A stretch of DNA of 64,000 nt from an uncultured Prochlorococcus sp. (GCA_902589115.1 CACIRS010000002.1:8186-72185), one strand, 5' to 3'. Counted from the stretch's first letter, positions 10,216 to 19,976 are shown. The notes: generated by a model from the sequence alone, not told the origin. Made by a program: numbers and translations.

Positions 10216-10417
10216 GCCACTTTATACTTTGGGTGACTAGGCTTTCGACGTCTTCTAATTCACCATCGTTTAGTAACTGACTAATTGCTGCAGATAGTAG
10301 TTCCGCAGCTCTTCTGTCAGAGTTGCCTTTTAGCTTGTGCCAATCTAAATCATTTATAGTTAGTTGGGAATGCAAATCTTTTGCTAAGTCTTTAGATTTT
10401 GAAGGCCAAATAGACAT
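10169..10417 (-). CDS. hypothetical helical protein, 82 aa
   Basis: ATG-started ORF with non-random helical composition. Convergent, with a 47-nt 3' overlap onto the kinase-like gene. No family recognised. Confidence 0.45.
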   Translation of the reverse strand: MSIWPSKSKDLAKDLHSQLTINDLDWHKLKGNSDRRAAELLSAAISQLLNDGELEDVESLVTQSIKWLKREIKDYGCPHRKN

Positions 10418-10475
10418 GGAATTTGTTCAATTAATACGGTAATAAAAAGTTAATATGTTGTTAAATTATTATTGA

Positions 10476-11543
10476 TTAATTGTCTATAGGTTTGTGGGCT
10501 GTCCATACTTTCGTCATGAAATAAGATTCTGAGGTTACACCACTAAAGCCGATTTTCTCTAATAATGCATTTATATCCTGATTAATATAATCAATATAGT
10601 AAGGTTCATGGAATACTTTTGGAAAATCCTTGAGTATTTTTTCGAAATCAGGTGAATCTGATAATTGAATTGAATCAGCAAGCACTAAAACACCTCCTGG
10701 CTCAATAACTTCCCAGCAATTCTTCAGGACATTTTCTCTGGCTTTTTGGGGTAGCTCATGCAGTAAGAATACGCAAGTAACTCCTTGCATAGTATCTTTT
10801 GCAAAAGGCAAATCCTCTGCATTACCTCTAATTAGTTGAGGTAATTCATTATTCTTAGCGCTAAGACTTTTACTGGCTTGTTTTAGATAAGCATTAGATA
10901 GATCTAGTCCAATAAGCTCAACCTTTGGTAATGCCGCACGTATTTGCTTAAGAGTTCTTCCAGTTCCTGTTGCGATATCTAAAACTCTAATGTTTGAAGA
11001 ATTTCTTGTGGAAAATCGCTTGAGGCCTCTTTTTAAAGGTGCAATGATTCTTCTCCTCATTGCATCAGCTGTTCCATTAAAAAGGATTTCTACTTGAAGA
11101 TCATAAAGATTGGCAGAGTAATCACTTAAGTAACCATCAGTTTGATGGTGGAAATTTTGTAAATAATAATCAGGGTATATTTCCGGATCAATTTGCTTGG
11201 GTATTTCTCTAGTGCTTCGTTTTCTTCTCCTTCCCCAAGTTGACGGCAAATCAAGCCATATCAGAGGATAATACTTTGCCCATTTAATCCAAGGAGCTTC
11301 GAATAGTTGTCTTTTGGGATATAGGCCGTCTTCTGCATCCTTCCAATCTATTTGCTCAAGTTTTTCTATAGATAGACGAAGTTTCTTAAAGAGTTGGGGT
11401 GAAATCGGACTTGTATTTGGAATTACATCTGGAGCCATTAAGCTCATTAATTTTGTGCTTAATTCTTTATGGAATAGACCTGCTATACCCTTCCCTTGTT
11501 GAAGTGTTTGATATGCCAGCTTAGTTATGGCTTGTACAGGCAT
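10476..11543 (-). CDS. class I SAM-dependent methyltransferase (UbiE/COQ5-like)
   Basis: SAM motif I VLDIATGTGR, post-I LIGLDLS, motif II/III VTCVFLLHELP...GGVLVLAD. Confidence 0.8.
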   Translation of the reverse strand: MPVQAITKLAYQTLQQGKGIAGLFHKELSTKLMSLMAPDVIPNTSPISPQLFKKLRLSIEKLEQIDWKDAEDGLYPKRQLFEAPWIKWAKYYPLIWLDLPSTWGRRRKRSTREIPKQIDPEIYPDYYLQNFHHQTDGYLSDYSANLYDLQVEILFNGTADAMRRRIIAPLKRGLKRFSTRNSSNIRVLDIATGTGRTLKQIRAALPKVELIGLDLSNAYLKQASKSLSAKNNELPQLIRGNAEDLPFAKDTMQGVTCVFLLHELPQKARENVLKNCWEVIEPGGVLVLADSIQLSDSPDFEKILKDFPKVFHEPYYIDYINQDINALLEKIGFSGVTSESYFMTKVWTAHKPIDN

Positions 11544-11677
11544 GAAATCCCTTTGAATGGACTTTATTTGCTAAGACATAGATTATACAATTACTTATTA
11601 TCATTTCTATTTATATTAGTCTATAATGAAATAATAAATCTTTTCTGTAAGATTAGTTTTTTATTAGGCCACCTTTA

Positions 11678-11974
11678 TTAGCAGTGATCTTTCGGTATTT
11701 GTAATAGGACTTCCTTGATTTCCCTCCAGTTGTAATCTGGCTCAATAACTTTTAGCTTAACAAGATTCTCCTTTATCAAATTTGATGCAATCTTGGCAGT
11801 TTTACAGGCCTCCTTATAGTTATCAGAAGCTAGCTGTTTCTCTAATTTTTCAAGATGATGGTTGAAATCAGAGAATAATTGCTCTATTCCTGCAGCATTT
11901 ACTTGTGTAGCTTGTGATGCAAATATTAATGTAGAGAAAAAAAGAATTTTTTGAGATAATTTTTTTTTATACAT
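11678..11974 (-). CDS. hypothetical secreted protein (signal peptide ...ASQATQVNA-AG)
   Basis: 98-aa ORF with a basic N-terminus, hydrophobic core and AxA-like cleavage site. No family recognised. Confidence 0.5.
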   Translation of the reverse strand: MYKKKLSQKILFFSTLIFASQATQVNAAGIEQLFSDFNHHLEKLEKQLASDNYKEACKTAKIASNLIKENLVKLKVIEPDYNWREIKEVLLQIPKDHC

Positions 11975-12035
11975 AATGTATAAAACTAAGAATTAAATGG
12001 TTTTCGATTGCCATATATTTATGGTTTTATTAATG

Positions 12036-12081
12036 ATATCTACTCGGCTTATCTAAATAGTTGGACATGCCGAGTAGATAT
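12036..12081 (-). terminator. hairpin 10 nt downstream of the glnA stop (13-bp perfect stem, 20-nt loop)
   Basis: atatctactcggc (12036-12048) is the exact reverse complement of gccgagtagatat (12069-12081). No U-tract follows on the minus strand. Confidence 0.4.
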
Positions 12082-12091
12082 TAATTATATA

Positions 12092-13513
12092 CTAAGCGTC
12101 GTAATACATTGCGAATTCATGAGGGTGTGGTCTTTGCCTAAGTTGTTGAACCTCTTCATATTTGATATCTATCCAATTATTTAAAAAGTCATTAGTAAAT
12201 ACTCCTCCTTCCGTTAAGTAACTTTTATCTGCATCAAGCGCCTCTAATGCATCATTTAAGGATGCAGGAACAGTATCAATATTGGCTAATTGATCTTCTG
12301 GTAGCTCAAATAAATCATCGTCGAACCCATTCCCTGGATCTATTTGGTTTTTAATGCCATCTATTCCGGCCATCATCATTGCACTAAATGCTAAATAAGG
12401 ATTAGCCAATGCATCACCTGAACGGAATTCAAGTCTTTTTGCCTTTGGATTTGGTCCAGTTAATGGTATTCGAACTGCAGCAGAACGATTTCCTTGTGAA
12501 TAAACTAAGTTGACTGGTGCTTCAAAGCCTGGGACTAATCGTTTATAACTATTAGTTGAGGGATTTGTAAAAGCAAGGAAGGAAGGAGCATGTTTAAGTA
12601 TGCCTCCTATATACCATCTTGCTGTCTGCGAAAGGTTTGCATAGGTACCTTCTCCGAAAAATAGTGGTTGACCACTTTTCCACAAACTTTGATGGACATG
12701 CATACCTGTTCCATTGTCATTGAAAACAGGTTTTGGCATAAATGTTGCTGTCTTTCCATATTTCTTGGCAACATTTCTCACAACATATTTATAAGTCATT
12801 ACGTTATCAGCTGCTTGAATAAGCTCAGCAAATTTCATTCCTAATTCATGTTGGCTTGCACCTGCAACTTCATGGTGATGTTTTTCGATAGGGATACCAA
12901 GCTGCCCCATAAGAAGTAGCATCTCAGATCGCATATCCTGAAAAGTATCGTTAGGAGAAACTGGGAAATATCCTTCCTTAAGTTGTATTTTGTATGCCAG
13001 GTTTCCGCCTTCTTCTATACGGCCTGTGTTCCACGGAGCTTCAATTGTGTCTACGTTATAGAAGCATCCACCTTCGGCTGAGTTATATCTAACATCATCA
13101 AAAATAAAGAATTCAGGCTCTGGCCCGAAGAATGCGGTGTCAGCAAGTCCAGTATTTGCTAAGTAAGAGAGAGCTTTTTGAGCTAATGCTCGAGGACAAC
13201 GCTCATATGGTTCCCCACTGCGGGGCTCCTGAATTGAACAAATTAAACTGAGTGTTTTGTGACGATAAAATGGGTCTATCCATGCAGTATTTGAATCGGG
13301 CACCATTGCCATATCTGATTCATTGATGGCTTTCCAACCTCTTATTGAAGACCCATCGAAAGCAAGACCACTCTTAAAAGCCTCTTCATCCACCATATCT
13401 GAGGTGACTGTGAGATGTTGCCACTTCCCATGAAGATCTGTGAATTTCAGATCTATTAACTCAATGCCTTCGTCTTTGATTTGGCGGAGGACGTCTTGTG
13501 GAGATTTGCCCAT
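12092..13513 (-). CDS. glnA: glutamine synthetase type I
   Basis: 473 aa. [32 protein letters not shown] and [17 protein letters not shown] are unmistakable GSI motifs. Confidence 0.95.
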   Translation of the reverse strand: MGKSPQDVLRQIKDEGIELIDLKFTDLHGKWQHLTVTSDMVDEEAFKSGLAFDGSSIRGWKAINESDMAMVPDSNTAWIDPFYRHKTLSLICSIQEPRSGEPYERCPRALAQKALSYLANTGLADTAFFGPEPEFFIFDDVRYNSAEGGCFYNVDTIEAPWNTGRIEEGGNLAYKIQLKEGYFPVSPNDTFQDMRSEMLLLMGQLGIPIEKHHHEVAGASQHELGMKFAELIQAADNVMTYKYVVRNVAKKYGKTATFMPKPVFNDNGTGMHVHQSLWKSGQPLFFGEGTYANLSQTARWYIGGILKHAPSFLAFTNPSTNSYKRLVPGFEAPVNLVYSQGNRSAAVRIPLTGPNPKAKRLEFRSGDALANPYLAFSAMMMAGIDGIKNQIDPGNGFDDDLFELPEDQLANIDTVPASLNDALEALDADKSYLTEGGVFTNDFLNNWIDIKYEEVQQLRQRPHPHEFAMYYDA

Positions 13514-13577
13514 AAAGAATGATCTCTCTAAATTGCTAAAACACTTTTAAAGCTAATGACCAGTAGATTCTAGTTTT

Positions 13578-13591
13578 GTATCAACGGGTAC
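13578..13591 (-). promoter_or_regulatory. NtcA binding site (GTA-N8-TAC) of the glnA promoter
   Basis: Perfect GTATCAACGGGTAC. On the minus strand a TAN3T -10 candidate TAGCTT (13550-13555) lies 22 nt downstream, about 37 nt upstream of the glnA ATG. This is the classic class II NtcA promoter geometry. Confidence 0.7.
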
Positions 13592-13750
13592 TTTTTAGAG
13601 GAGATGCCTCAGCTCAAAGGGTACTTACTTGTAACTTTCAGCAAAAATTTTATGTAAAACATAGCTTTTGCTATTGCAATCCCTCAAAAAACTTCCTCGA
13701 TCCATTCCTTACTCTTATAGGCTTGTTATCTAATTGTTAAGTCACGGGCC

Positions 13751-14935
13751 TTGGCGACCTCCCAACCCAATCTGTCGGTTGATAAGAACCATCTCAAATC
13801 CTTCGAACCAATATCGGTTCCCGAAAGACTTTTACTTGGACCTGGTCCATCGAATGCACATCCAGATGTCCTGAAAGCTCTTTCCCTACATCCAATAGGT
13901 CATTTAGATCCATTCTATGTAGACCTAATGAGCGAGGTCCAAGAGTTACTTCGTTATGCATGGCAAACGAGCAATCGACTTACTATTCCCATGAGCGGAA
14001 CAGGCAGTGCAGCTATGGAAGCAACAATTGCTAATACTGTTGAAGAAGCTGACACCGTATTAGTAGGAGTTAACGGATATTTTGGAAATCGCTTAGTTGA
14101 TATGGCAGGTAGATACAAGGCAAATGTAGAAACCTTTGAAAAACCTTGGGGTGAAGCTTTCTCTCTTGAGGAAATTGAAGTCGCACTTAAAAAATACAAG
14201 CCTTCTATTTTGGCAATGGTTCATGCCGAAACATCAACAGGGGTTTGTCAGCCGATGCACGGCATTGGTGAACTCTGTGAGAAATATGATTGTTTATTGC
14301 TTTTAGATACGGTTACCTCTTTAGGTGGAGTTCCATTGTTTATAGATAAATGGAAAGTTGATCTTGCCTATAGTTGTAGTCAAAAAGGTTTGAGTTGCCC
14401 TCCAGGCTTAGGCCCTTTCACTATGAGTAAACGTGCTGAAAAGAAACTTTTAGCAAGAAAAGATAAGGTTCCTAATTGGTATTTGGATGTTTCTTTGCTA
14501 AATCAATACTGGGGAAGTGATCGCGTATATCACCATACTGCCCCAGTTAATATGAACTTTGGTATGCGTGAATCACTCAGATTATTGGCTGAGGAAGGCT
14601 TGGAAAATGCTTGGGATAGACATAGAAGAAATGCAGAAAAGTTGTGGTTAGGTCTTGTCCATTTAGGACTAGACCTTCATGTTCAGGAAGAATTACGATT
14701 ACCTACACTTACAACTGTTCGTATCCCAGAAGGACTTGATGGAAAGGCTTTTAGCCTTCACTTATTAAATAATTATGGCGTTGAAATAGGAGGTGGACTT
14801 GGAGATTTAGCAGGAACTGTCTGGAGAATAGGTTTGATGGGATATAACTCATCAGATGAAAATGTTGATAAAATTTTAAATCTATTTGAAACTGAGTTGC
14901 CCCGTTTCAAGGGAAATTCCGCCTGTGCTGTTTGA
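13751..14935 (+). CDS. class V aminotransferase (serine:pyruvate / alanine:glyoxylate aminotransferase type)
   Basis: 394 aa with TTG start. LLLGPGPSN, HAETSTGV and PLP-lysine context SCSQKGL. Confidence 0.85.
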   Translation: MATSQPNLSVDKNHLKSFEPISVPERLLLGPGPSNAHPDVLKALSLHPIGHLDPFYVDLMSEVQELLRYAWQTSNRLTIPMSGTGSAAMEATIANTVEEADTVLVGVNGYFGNRLVDMAGRYKANVETFEKPWGEAFSLEEIEVALKKYKPSILAMVHAETSTGVCQPMHGIGELCEKYDCLLLLDTVTSLGGVPLFIDKWKVDLAYSCSQKGLSCPPGLGPFTMSKRAEKKLLARKDKVPNWYLDVSLLNQYWGSDRVYHHTAPVNMNFGMRESLRLLAEEGLENAWDRHRRNAEKLWLGLVHLGLDLHVQEELRLPTLTTVRIPEGLDGKAFSLHLLNNYGVEIGGGLGDLAGTVWRIGLMGYNSSDENVDKILNLFETELPRFKGNSACAV

Positions 14936-15395
14936 ACCAATCCTGTAGTTGTTTTTTAGCTTCATCTTCCATTATTCCTCCTTTAATAATCATTCTGTGA
15001 TGAGCACTTGGATGTTGGGCAAGATTAACTGCACCACCTAACCCACCTCTTTTGGGATCGTGAGCTCCAAAAATTACTTGTCCCATTCTCGCCTGTATTA
15101 ATGCACCCGCACACATCTGACACGGTTCAAGAGTGACGATCAATGTGCAGTCGTTAAAACGCCACTCGCTTTTTATAGAGGAAGCCTGTTTTAAAGCAAC
15201 AAGTTCAGCATGACCTAAAGGATCTTGAGATTTGTGCCTTTTATTTTCTCCGATTCCAATGCATTTGCCTTCGGAGTCCAAAATAACTGCACAAACAGGA
15301 ACTTCGCCCGATATACCTAGCTTTTGTGCCCTTGCGAGCAATATTGTCATCCAACTTTGACAAGCAGTCTGTTTTAGTTCAATCGGTTTTGCCAA
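14907..15395 (-). CDS. tadA: tRNA-specific adenosine deaminase
   Basis: CDA zinc motifs HAELVAL and PCQMCAGA. 162 aa. Confidence 0.85.
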   Translation of the reverse strand: MAKPIELKQTACQSWMTILLARAQKLGISGEVPVCAVILDSEGKCIGIGENKRHKSQDPLGHAELVALKQASSIKSEWRFNDCTLIVTLEPCQMCAGALIQARMGQVIFGAHDPKRGGLGGAVNLAQHPSAHHRMIIKGGIMEDEAKKQLQDWFKQHRRNFP

Positions 15396-15469
15396 TTACT
15401 TTTTTATAAAGAACATTATTACGGAGGTTGCCATTACGAGGCAGAATAAAAATTGCATTAAATTAGCTT

Positions 15470-16882
15470 TTGGCTGGGACTTCAACAATTAAGCCAGCTC
15501 CTTCATTGGACCTTTTTGCTTCTCCGGATCATATAGATCCAAAACTACTTTTATTTCTAGAGCAAGCATCTGTTCTCCTCTGTAAGTGGTTTGCCAAAGC
15601 TTCTGAGAGTGGACCTTTACCTGAAATGACACCATTACCTGGTGTTTTCCCGGCTGATGAGGGACTTTCTGTACCAGATTTGCTAAAAGATATTCAATTA
15701 ATCATGGATGGTTCTTATCAGCCATCGCACCCTGGAGCACTTGCTCATTTAGACCCTCCTCCATTAACTGCATCAATTGCTGCAGATTTAATTTGTGCAG
15801 GAATTAACAATAATATGTTGGCCGATGAACTATCTCCGAGTCTTTCACGTTTAGAACGTCAACTTTGTAAGTGGTTTGCTGATCGGATAGGACTGCCTTC
15901 AGAAGCAGGAGGCGTCGCAGCTAGTGGAGGGAGTCTTAGTAATTTGATGGCTTTAGTAGTTGCAAGACAGCAAGCCAACCTTAAAGACCAAACACGAGGA
16001 GTTGTTATTGCAAGTGCTGATGCACATGTTTGTTTAACTAAGGCAATTAGAGTAATGGGTCTATCAGCAGATTCGCTTCAAAAAGTTGATACTGATTTAA
16101 AGGGTCAAATCTCTTTAGATCTACTAGAAAATCAACTTAAACTCATTAAATCTAAAGGTAGAAAATGTTTTGCAATAGTTGCTACAGCTGGAACTACTTT
16201 AAGAGGAGCTATTGACCCTCTTTTAAAGCTTAGTGAACTTTGTAAGCGTGAAGGAATATGGCTTCACGTTGATGCGTCAATAGGAGGTGTATTTGCTCTT
16301 TCCAAATCAACTCAATTCTTGTTAGATGGTATATCTAAAGCTAATTCAATTACACTCAATCCTCAAAAAGTTTTAGGTATCACTAAAACTTCCTCTATTT
16401 TACTTGTTGCAAATAGTAAGGATCTAGCCTCTTCATTCTCTACGGGATTACCTTATATAGAACCCTCAAGTGAAGAACCTCATTGCGGAGAAATGGGCCT
16501 TCAGGGCACTAGATCTGCTGAAGTACTTAAGCTTTGGTTAGGTTTGAGGCAACTTGGAGAAAAAGGCATACAAGAAATATTAGATAAAGCTTTAGAGCGG
16601 CGTTTTTACTTTGAAAATAAGCTGGACAATACATTACTGGAAATACTTGGAGGACCACTACATTTACTTGCGTTTACCCCTAAATACTTTGATTCATCTA
16701 AGGCAGCGAAATGGTCTACTGATACAAGAAAACTATTGCTTGAACAAAATTTTATGCTTTCTAGACCAAGGCATCAAGATCGTTATTATCTTAAAGTTGT
16801 CATGGGAAATCCACATACTCAAACAACTCATTTAGACCAATTAGCAGAATATATTAATCAAACTTTAAAGGAAACATCTTAA
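15470..16882 (+). CDS. group II pyridoxal-phosphate-dependent decarboxylase, substrate unknown
   Basis: SGGSLSNLMAL, ASADAHVCLTKA, HVDASIGG and PLP-lysine motif NPQK (canonical NPHK). 470 aa with TTG start. Confidence 0.8.
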   Translation: MAGTSTIKPAPSLDLFASPDHIDPKLLLFLEQASVLLCKWFAKASESGPLPEMTPLPGVFPADEGLSVPDLLKDIQLIMDGSYQPSHPGALAHLDPPPLTASIAADLICAGINNNMLADELSPSLSRLERQLCKWFADRIGLPSEAGGVAASGGSLSNLMALVVARQQANLKDQTRGVVIASADAHVCLTKAIRVMGLSADSLQKVDTDLKGQISLDLLENQLKLIKSKGRKCFAIVATAGTTLRGAIDPLLKLSELCKREGIWLHVDASIGGVFALSKSTQFLLDGISKANSITLNPQKVLGITKTSSILLVANSKDLASSFSTGLPYIEPSSEEPHCGEMGLQGTRSAEVLKLWLGLRQLGEKGIQEILDKALERRFYFENKLDNTLLEILGGPLHLLAFTPKYFDSSKAAKWSTDTRKLLLEQNFMLSRPRHQDRYYLKVVMGNPHTQTTHLDQLAEYINQTLKETS

Positions 16883-17100
16883 TGGTTGAACCATCTCCTA
16901 AGGGCCGATGGGTTGCCTTAATCACAGGCTTCATCTCAATATTAATAGGCCTTTTTTATTTGATATTGGTTACTATTCTTGATGCTCGTGGCCCCATGAA
17001 ACCTCCTCCTTTAGAGGCCTTTGGCGTGGTGCAAGTTGGCGCTGATTTTTCTGAAGTGGTTCAACTACCTTCGAAACTGCCATATCTAAAAATCTTTTAA
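16882..17100 (+). CDS. hypothetical small membrane protein
   Basis: TAATG overlap with the decarboxylase stop. One clear TM helix (WVALITGFISILIGLFYLILVTIL). The C-terminal 128 nt overlap the convergent GTPase gene. Confidence 0.4.
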   Translation: MVEPSPKGRWVALITGFISILIGLFYLILVTILDARGPMKPPPLEAFGVVQVGADFSEVVQLPSKLPYLKIF

Positions 17101-18574
17101 GAGCAGAATCTCTTCGATTTAAATCATAATGATGTTGAACGACTTCTTGAATTCCACCATCTCCCCAATCTTGATCTTGTTGAAAATAAGTATTAAAACT
17201 GTCTCCAGCTATTCTTGTTAGCCAAGCTGCTGCAACACTTTGAATTGCTCGGCCAGCAAGCATTGTAGGTATGTTTAATGTTAAAGCTCCACTGATTAAA
17301 CTCACACCACCTTTGATAACTCCCAGTCCTGCAAGGGTTCTTCCGACAGAAACAGCTAATTCTTGGGCCCTTGCTTTGGTAAGTTGTATGCCATATATCT
17401 TTGCTATTTCCATAACCATCTGCGCATTGACAGCTGCAGCTGCAAGCATGTCTACTCCTGGTAGAGGTGTCACTGCAACAACTCCACTACTAATCCAGCT
17501 GTAGCGATCAATACATCGTCGTGAGTATTTATTGCGTTGACTACTTAAAAGTTGACGACCTTTGTCTCCAAGACTACGACATTGTAGCAAAATATTGTCT
17601 GCTAAAAGCTCTTCACCATCTTCACTTAAAACATACGCAAGTCTTTTAAGTAAGCTATTGATTTCAGGTTTGGGTTGTAGAGGATTTTTTCCAGTACGCG
17701 GAATTGATTGTGGAGATGCTGATGTTGAGACTATATCTTCGGACTGAATGAGTCCTTTGCAATATCCCTTTAATGATAAAAGAATTCTTCTTTCCTCTTC
17801 AACCCCCCTAAGGTCACATTTATTCAATACAAGTATCAGTCTTTTACCAAGGTTAATAAGATTTTGTATTGTTTCAAGTTCATTTGACCTCAAATCACTA
17901 TCCAAGACAAAAATCATTAAGTCGGCTCGAGTTGCTTTGAGTCTCGCCTCTTTTTCTCGACTAATTCCATTAGTTCCTGTTTCAAATAGACCTGGAGTGT
18001 CAATTAATTGAATACCTCTATTTAACGATTTTAATCTTAATCGGTACATCTTGCTTTTAGAGGTTGACCCCATGCTTGCACTAACTTCCCCTACAATTTC
18101 ATTTAATAATGCTCTAATTAAGGATGTTTTTCCGCTAGAACCAGTCCCAAATATAACAACAACTAAATCTCCTCTTTTTAGCTCTTTATTAACTTTTTCT
18201 CTTTCTTGCCTAAGGCCTTCTCTCGAAACTTGATCTTGGATTCTTTCAATTAATATGTCTATACTTTCAAGACTTCTTTTGGCGGCATGTAGTCGGCTTT
18301 TAGGAGTGAATTCTATTTTTCTATTTTTTAATTTCACACCCATTCTTTTGTTTATAAATTTTTTCCACCATGGCCAGCCATATTGTATTATAAGAAGAGT
18401 AATTATGATTATTCCTATAAATATTATTGGTGTAACAAGCCAGTAAGGGAGAAAATATTCAAGAGAGTATCTCAATTCATTAAATATCCTTAGAACTGTT
18501 CCAATTAATCCACCCAATAGAATGAGGGATATAAGTACTGCACTTATGAATATTAATAAACGTTTATTTTGCAT
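16973..18574 (-). CDS. membrane-anchored GTPase with DUF697-like C-terminal domain
   Basis: Two N-terminal TM helices. G1 GTGSSGKTS, G3 DTPG, G4 NKCD. Gly/Ala-rich hydrophobic C-terminal domain. Confidence 0.8.
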   Translation of the reverse strand: MQNKRLLIFISAVLISLILLGGLIGTVLRIFNELRYSLEYFLPYWLVTPIIFIGIIIITLLIIQYGWPWWKKFINKRMGVKLKNRKIEFTPKSRLHAAKRSLESIDILIERIQDQVSREGLRQEREKVNKELKRGDLVVVIFGTGSSGKTSLIRALLNEIVGEVSASMGSTSKSKMYRLRLKSLNRGIQLIDTPGLFETGTNGISREKEARLKATRADLMIFVLDSDLRSNELETIQNLINLGKRLILVLNKCDLRGVEEERRILLSLKGYCKGLIQSEDIVSTSASPQSIPRTGKNPLQPKPEINSLLKRLAYVLSEDGEELLADNILLQCRSLGDKGRQLLSSQRNKYSRRCIDRYSWISSGVVAVTPLPGVDMLAAAAVNAQMVMEIAKIYGIQLTKARAQELAVSVGRTLAGLGVIKGGVSLISGALTLNIPTMLAGRAIQSVAAAWLTRIAGDSFNTYFQQDQDWGDGGIQEVVQHHYDLNRRDSALKRFLDMAVSKVVEPLQKNQRQLAPRQRPLKEEVSWGHEHQE

Positions 18575-18637
18575 TAGTTCAAATCCTCAATACTGATATT
18601 TGAAAAATGATCTTTCTTTATTTAATACCATATTATT

Positions 18638-19114
18638 TTATGCCTTGCTTTCATGGTCTTTTTTTAGTGTATGTATCCCAAAGCAAATAACCGCAAGGTT
18701 AATTGCAATATCTGCAAGGTTAAAAATAGGGAAGTTAATAGGGAGAATTTCTATAAAATCCGTTACGTAACCTAATCTCCATCGGTCTAACCCGTTCCCC
18801 ATCGTTCCACCCAAGAGAAAGGCCACAGACAATGCATTCCATATATATATAGATTTATGTCGTAGGATCCAGAGAATTAAGGCTATACAAACACTAAAGC
18901 TTAGTAAGCCTAGAATAGGAGTAGCACCACTAAAAAGACTAAACGCTGCTCCAGTATTTTTAACCACTCTAAATTGAATAAGATTAGGTAAAAAAGATTT
19001 TGTTGCCACCTTAATTAAATCCTGCCTAGCCCATATCTTTGATAGCTGATCAATTAAAATGATCAGAACACTAATTAAGAGTATGGATCTTCTTTTTAAA
19101 TACTTTCTTTTCAT
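18638..19114 (-). CDS. lspA: lipoprotein signal peptidase II
   Basis: 158 aa, 4 TM. VKNTGAAFS and FNLADIAI catalytic Asp motifs. Confidence 0.85.
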   Translation of the reverse strand: MKRKYLKRRSILLISVLIILIDQLSKIWARQDLIKVATKSFLPNLIQFRVVKNTGAAFSLFSGATPILGLLSFSVCIALILWILRHKSIYIWNALSVAFLLGGTMGNGLDRWRLGYVTDFIEILPINFPIFNLADIAINLAVICFGIHTLKKDHESKA

Positions 19115-19683
19115 TCTATTAAAAGTAAATTTCGTAAAATTATTGTGAGGATTCCAATCGCAGGACAGAGAAGCAACTGTGCTGGCAATGGATATATAGA
19201 ATAACTATAAATTAGTTCATAAAAATTATTTGGCCAGCTATATATTAACGAACCTATAACTAAATTAACCAATCCAAATATATGTAGTGTAATTAAACCC
19301 AAAATTGCAGAAGCCGTTAATCCCATAAAATCCTTCAGACCTTCTTGTCTTGCAAGTCTCCCGCTTATCCAAGCAGCAGGAATTAAACCTGTTATATATC
19401 CAAAACCAGGGTTTGCTAAATAATCAATACCTCCTCCTTCATGGAAAACTGGCATAAAAAATAGTCCTATAGTTATATAGGCTATTGACGAAATGACACC
19501 AGCACGCGGACCACAAGTCAAAGCACAGAGTAATAAAGACGAAGCCTGCCAGGTAGTAGGCAGAGTTAAAATTTTTGGTGATAGGTCAGCACTTATTACT
19601 AAAATCGCTGAGGGAATCATGGTCCCTACTAGAAGCACCAGTAAACTAGCAAGCGAGCTAATCCAAAGATTTATTGATTTCAC
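19111..19683 (-). CDS. bioY: BioY-family biotin transporter
   Basis: 190 aa, 6-TM. PITLQ-type region (PTTWQASSLLL) and GPRAG are typical of BioY. ATGA overlap with lspA. Confidence 0.7.
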   Translation of the reverse strand: MKSINLWISSLASLLVLLVGTMIPSAILVISADLSPKILTLPTTWQASSLLLCALTCGPRAGVISSIAYITIGLFFMPVFHEGGGIDYLANPGFGYITGLIPAAWISGRLARQEGLKDFMGLTASAILGLITLHIFGLVNLVIGSLIYSWPNNFYELIYSYSIYPLPAQLLLCPAIGILTIILRNLLLIE

Positions 19684-19718
19684 AGCAAGCTCTCCATACT
19701 TACTCGTCTTGAAATAAT

Positions 19719-19961
19719 GTGGAAAAACAACATCTCCTTATGGATATTTCTATAGGCGACAAGGTTTCCTTAACAGTACCTTTATCTTATTTGAAAACAG
19801 CAGATCCAATGCCAATGTTGCGACCACCAGATCTTATTTCCGCTGACGAGGTTGGTAAGGTTGTCAGTTTAAAAGGCATTGATTTAGTTGAGGTTTGTTT
19901 TAGAAATGGGAAATTCTTGATCCCTATGGATCGATTAAAAAAGATTAATCAAGAACAGTAA
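19719..19961 (+). CDS. small conserved cyanobacterial protein (DUF3148-like by recollection)
   Basis: 80-aa ORF with GTG start. YLKTADPMPMLRPPDLI motif. The family name comes from memory only. Confidence 0.5.
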   Translation: MEKQHLLMDISIGDKVSLTVPLSYLKTADPMPMLRPPDLISADEVGKVVSLKGIDLVEVCFRNGKFLIPMDRLKKINQEQ

Positions 19962-19976
19962 AAAATCGTGTATCTA

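Noticed and set aside
11496-11681. 61-aa plus-strand ORF
   Set aside because: It starts inside the methyltransferase gene on the opposite strand and runs through an AT-rich spacer. It is Leu/Tyr/Ile-rich with no support.
17271-18446. Series of 60-87-aa plus-strand ORFs
   Set aside because: All are shadow frames antisense to the 533-aa GTPase gene, which has intact G1, G3 and G4 motifs.
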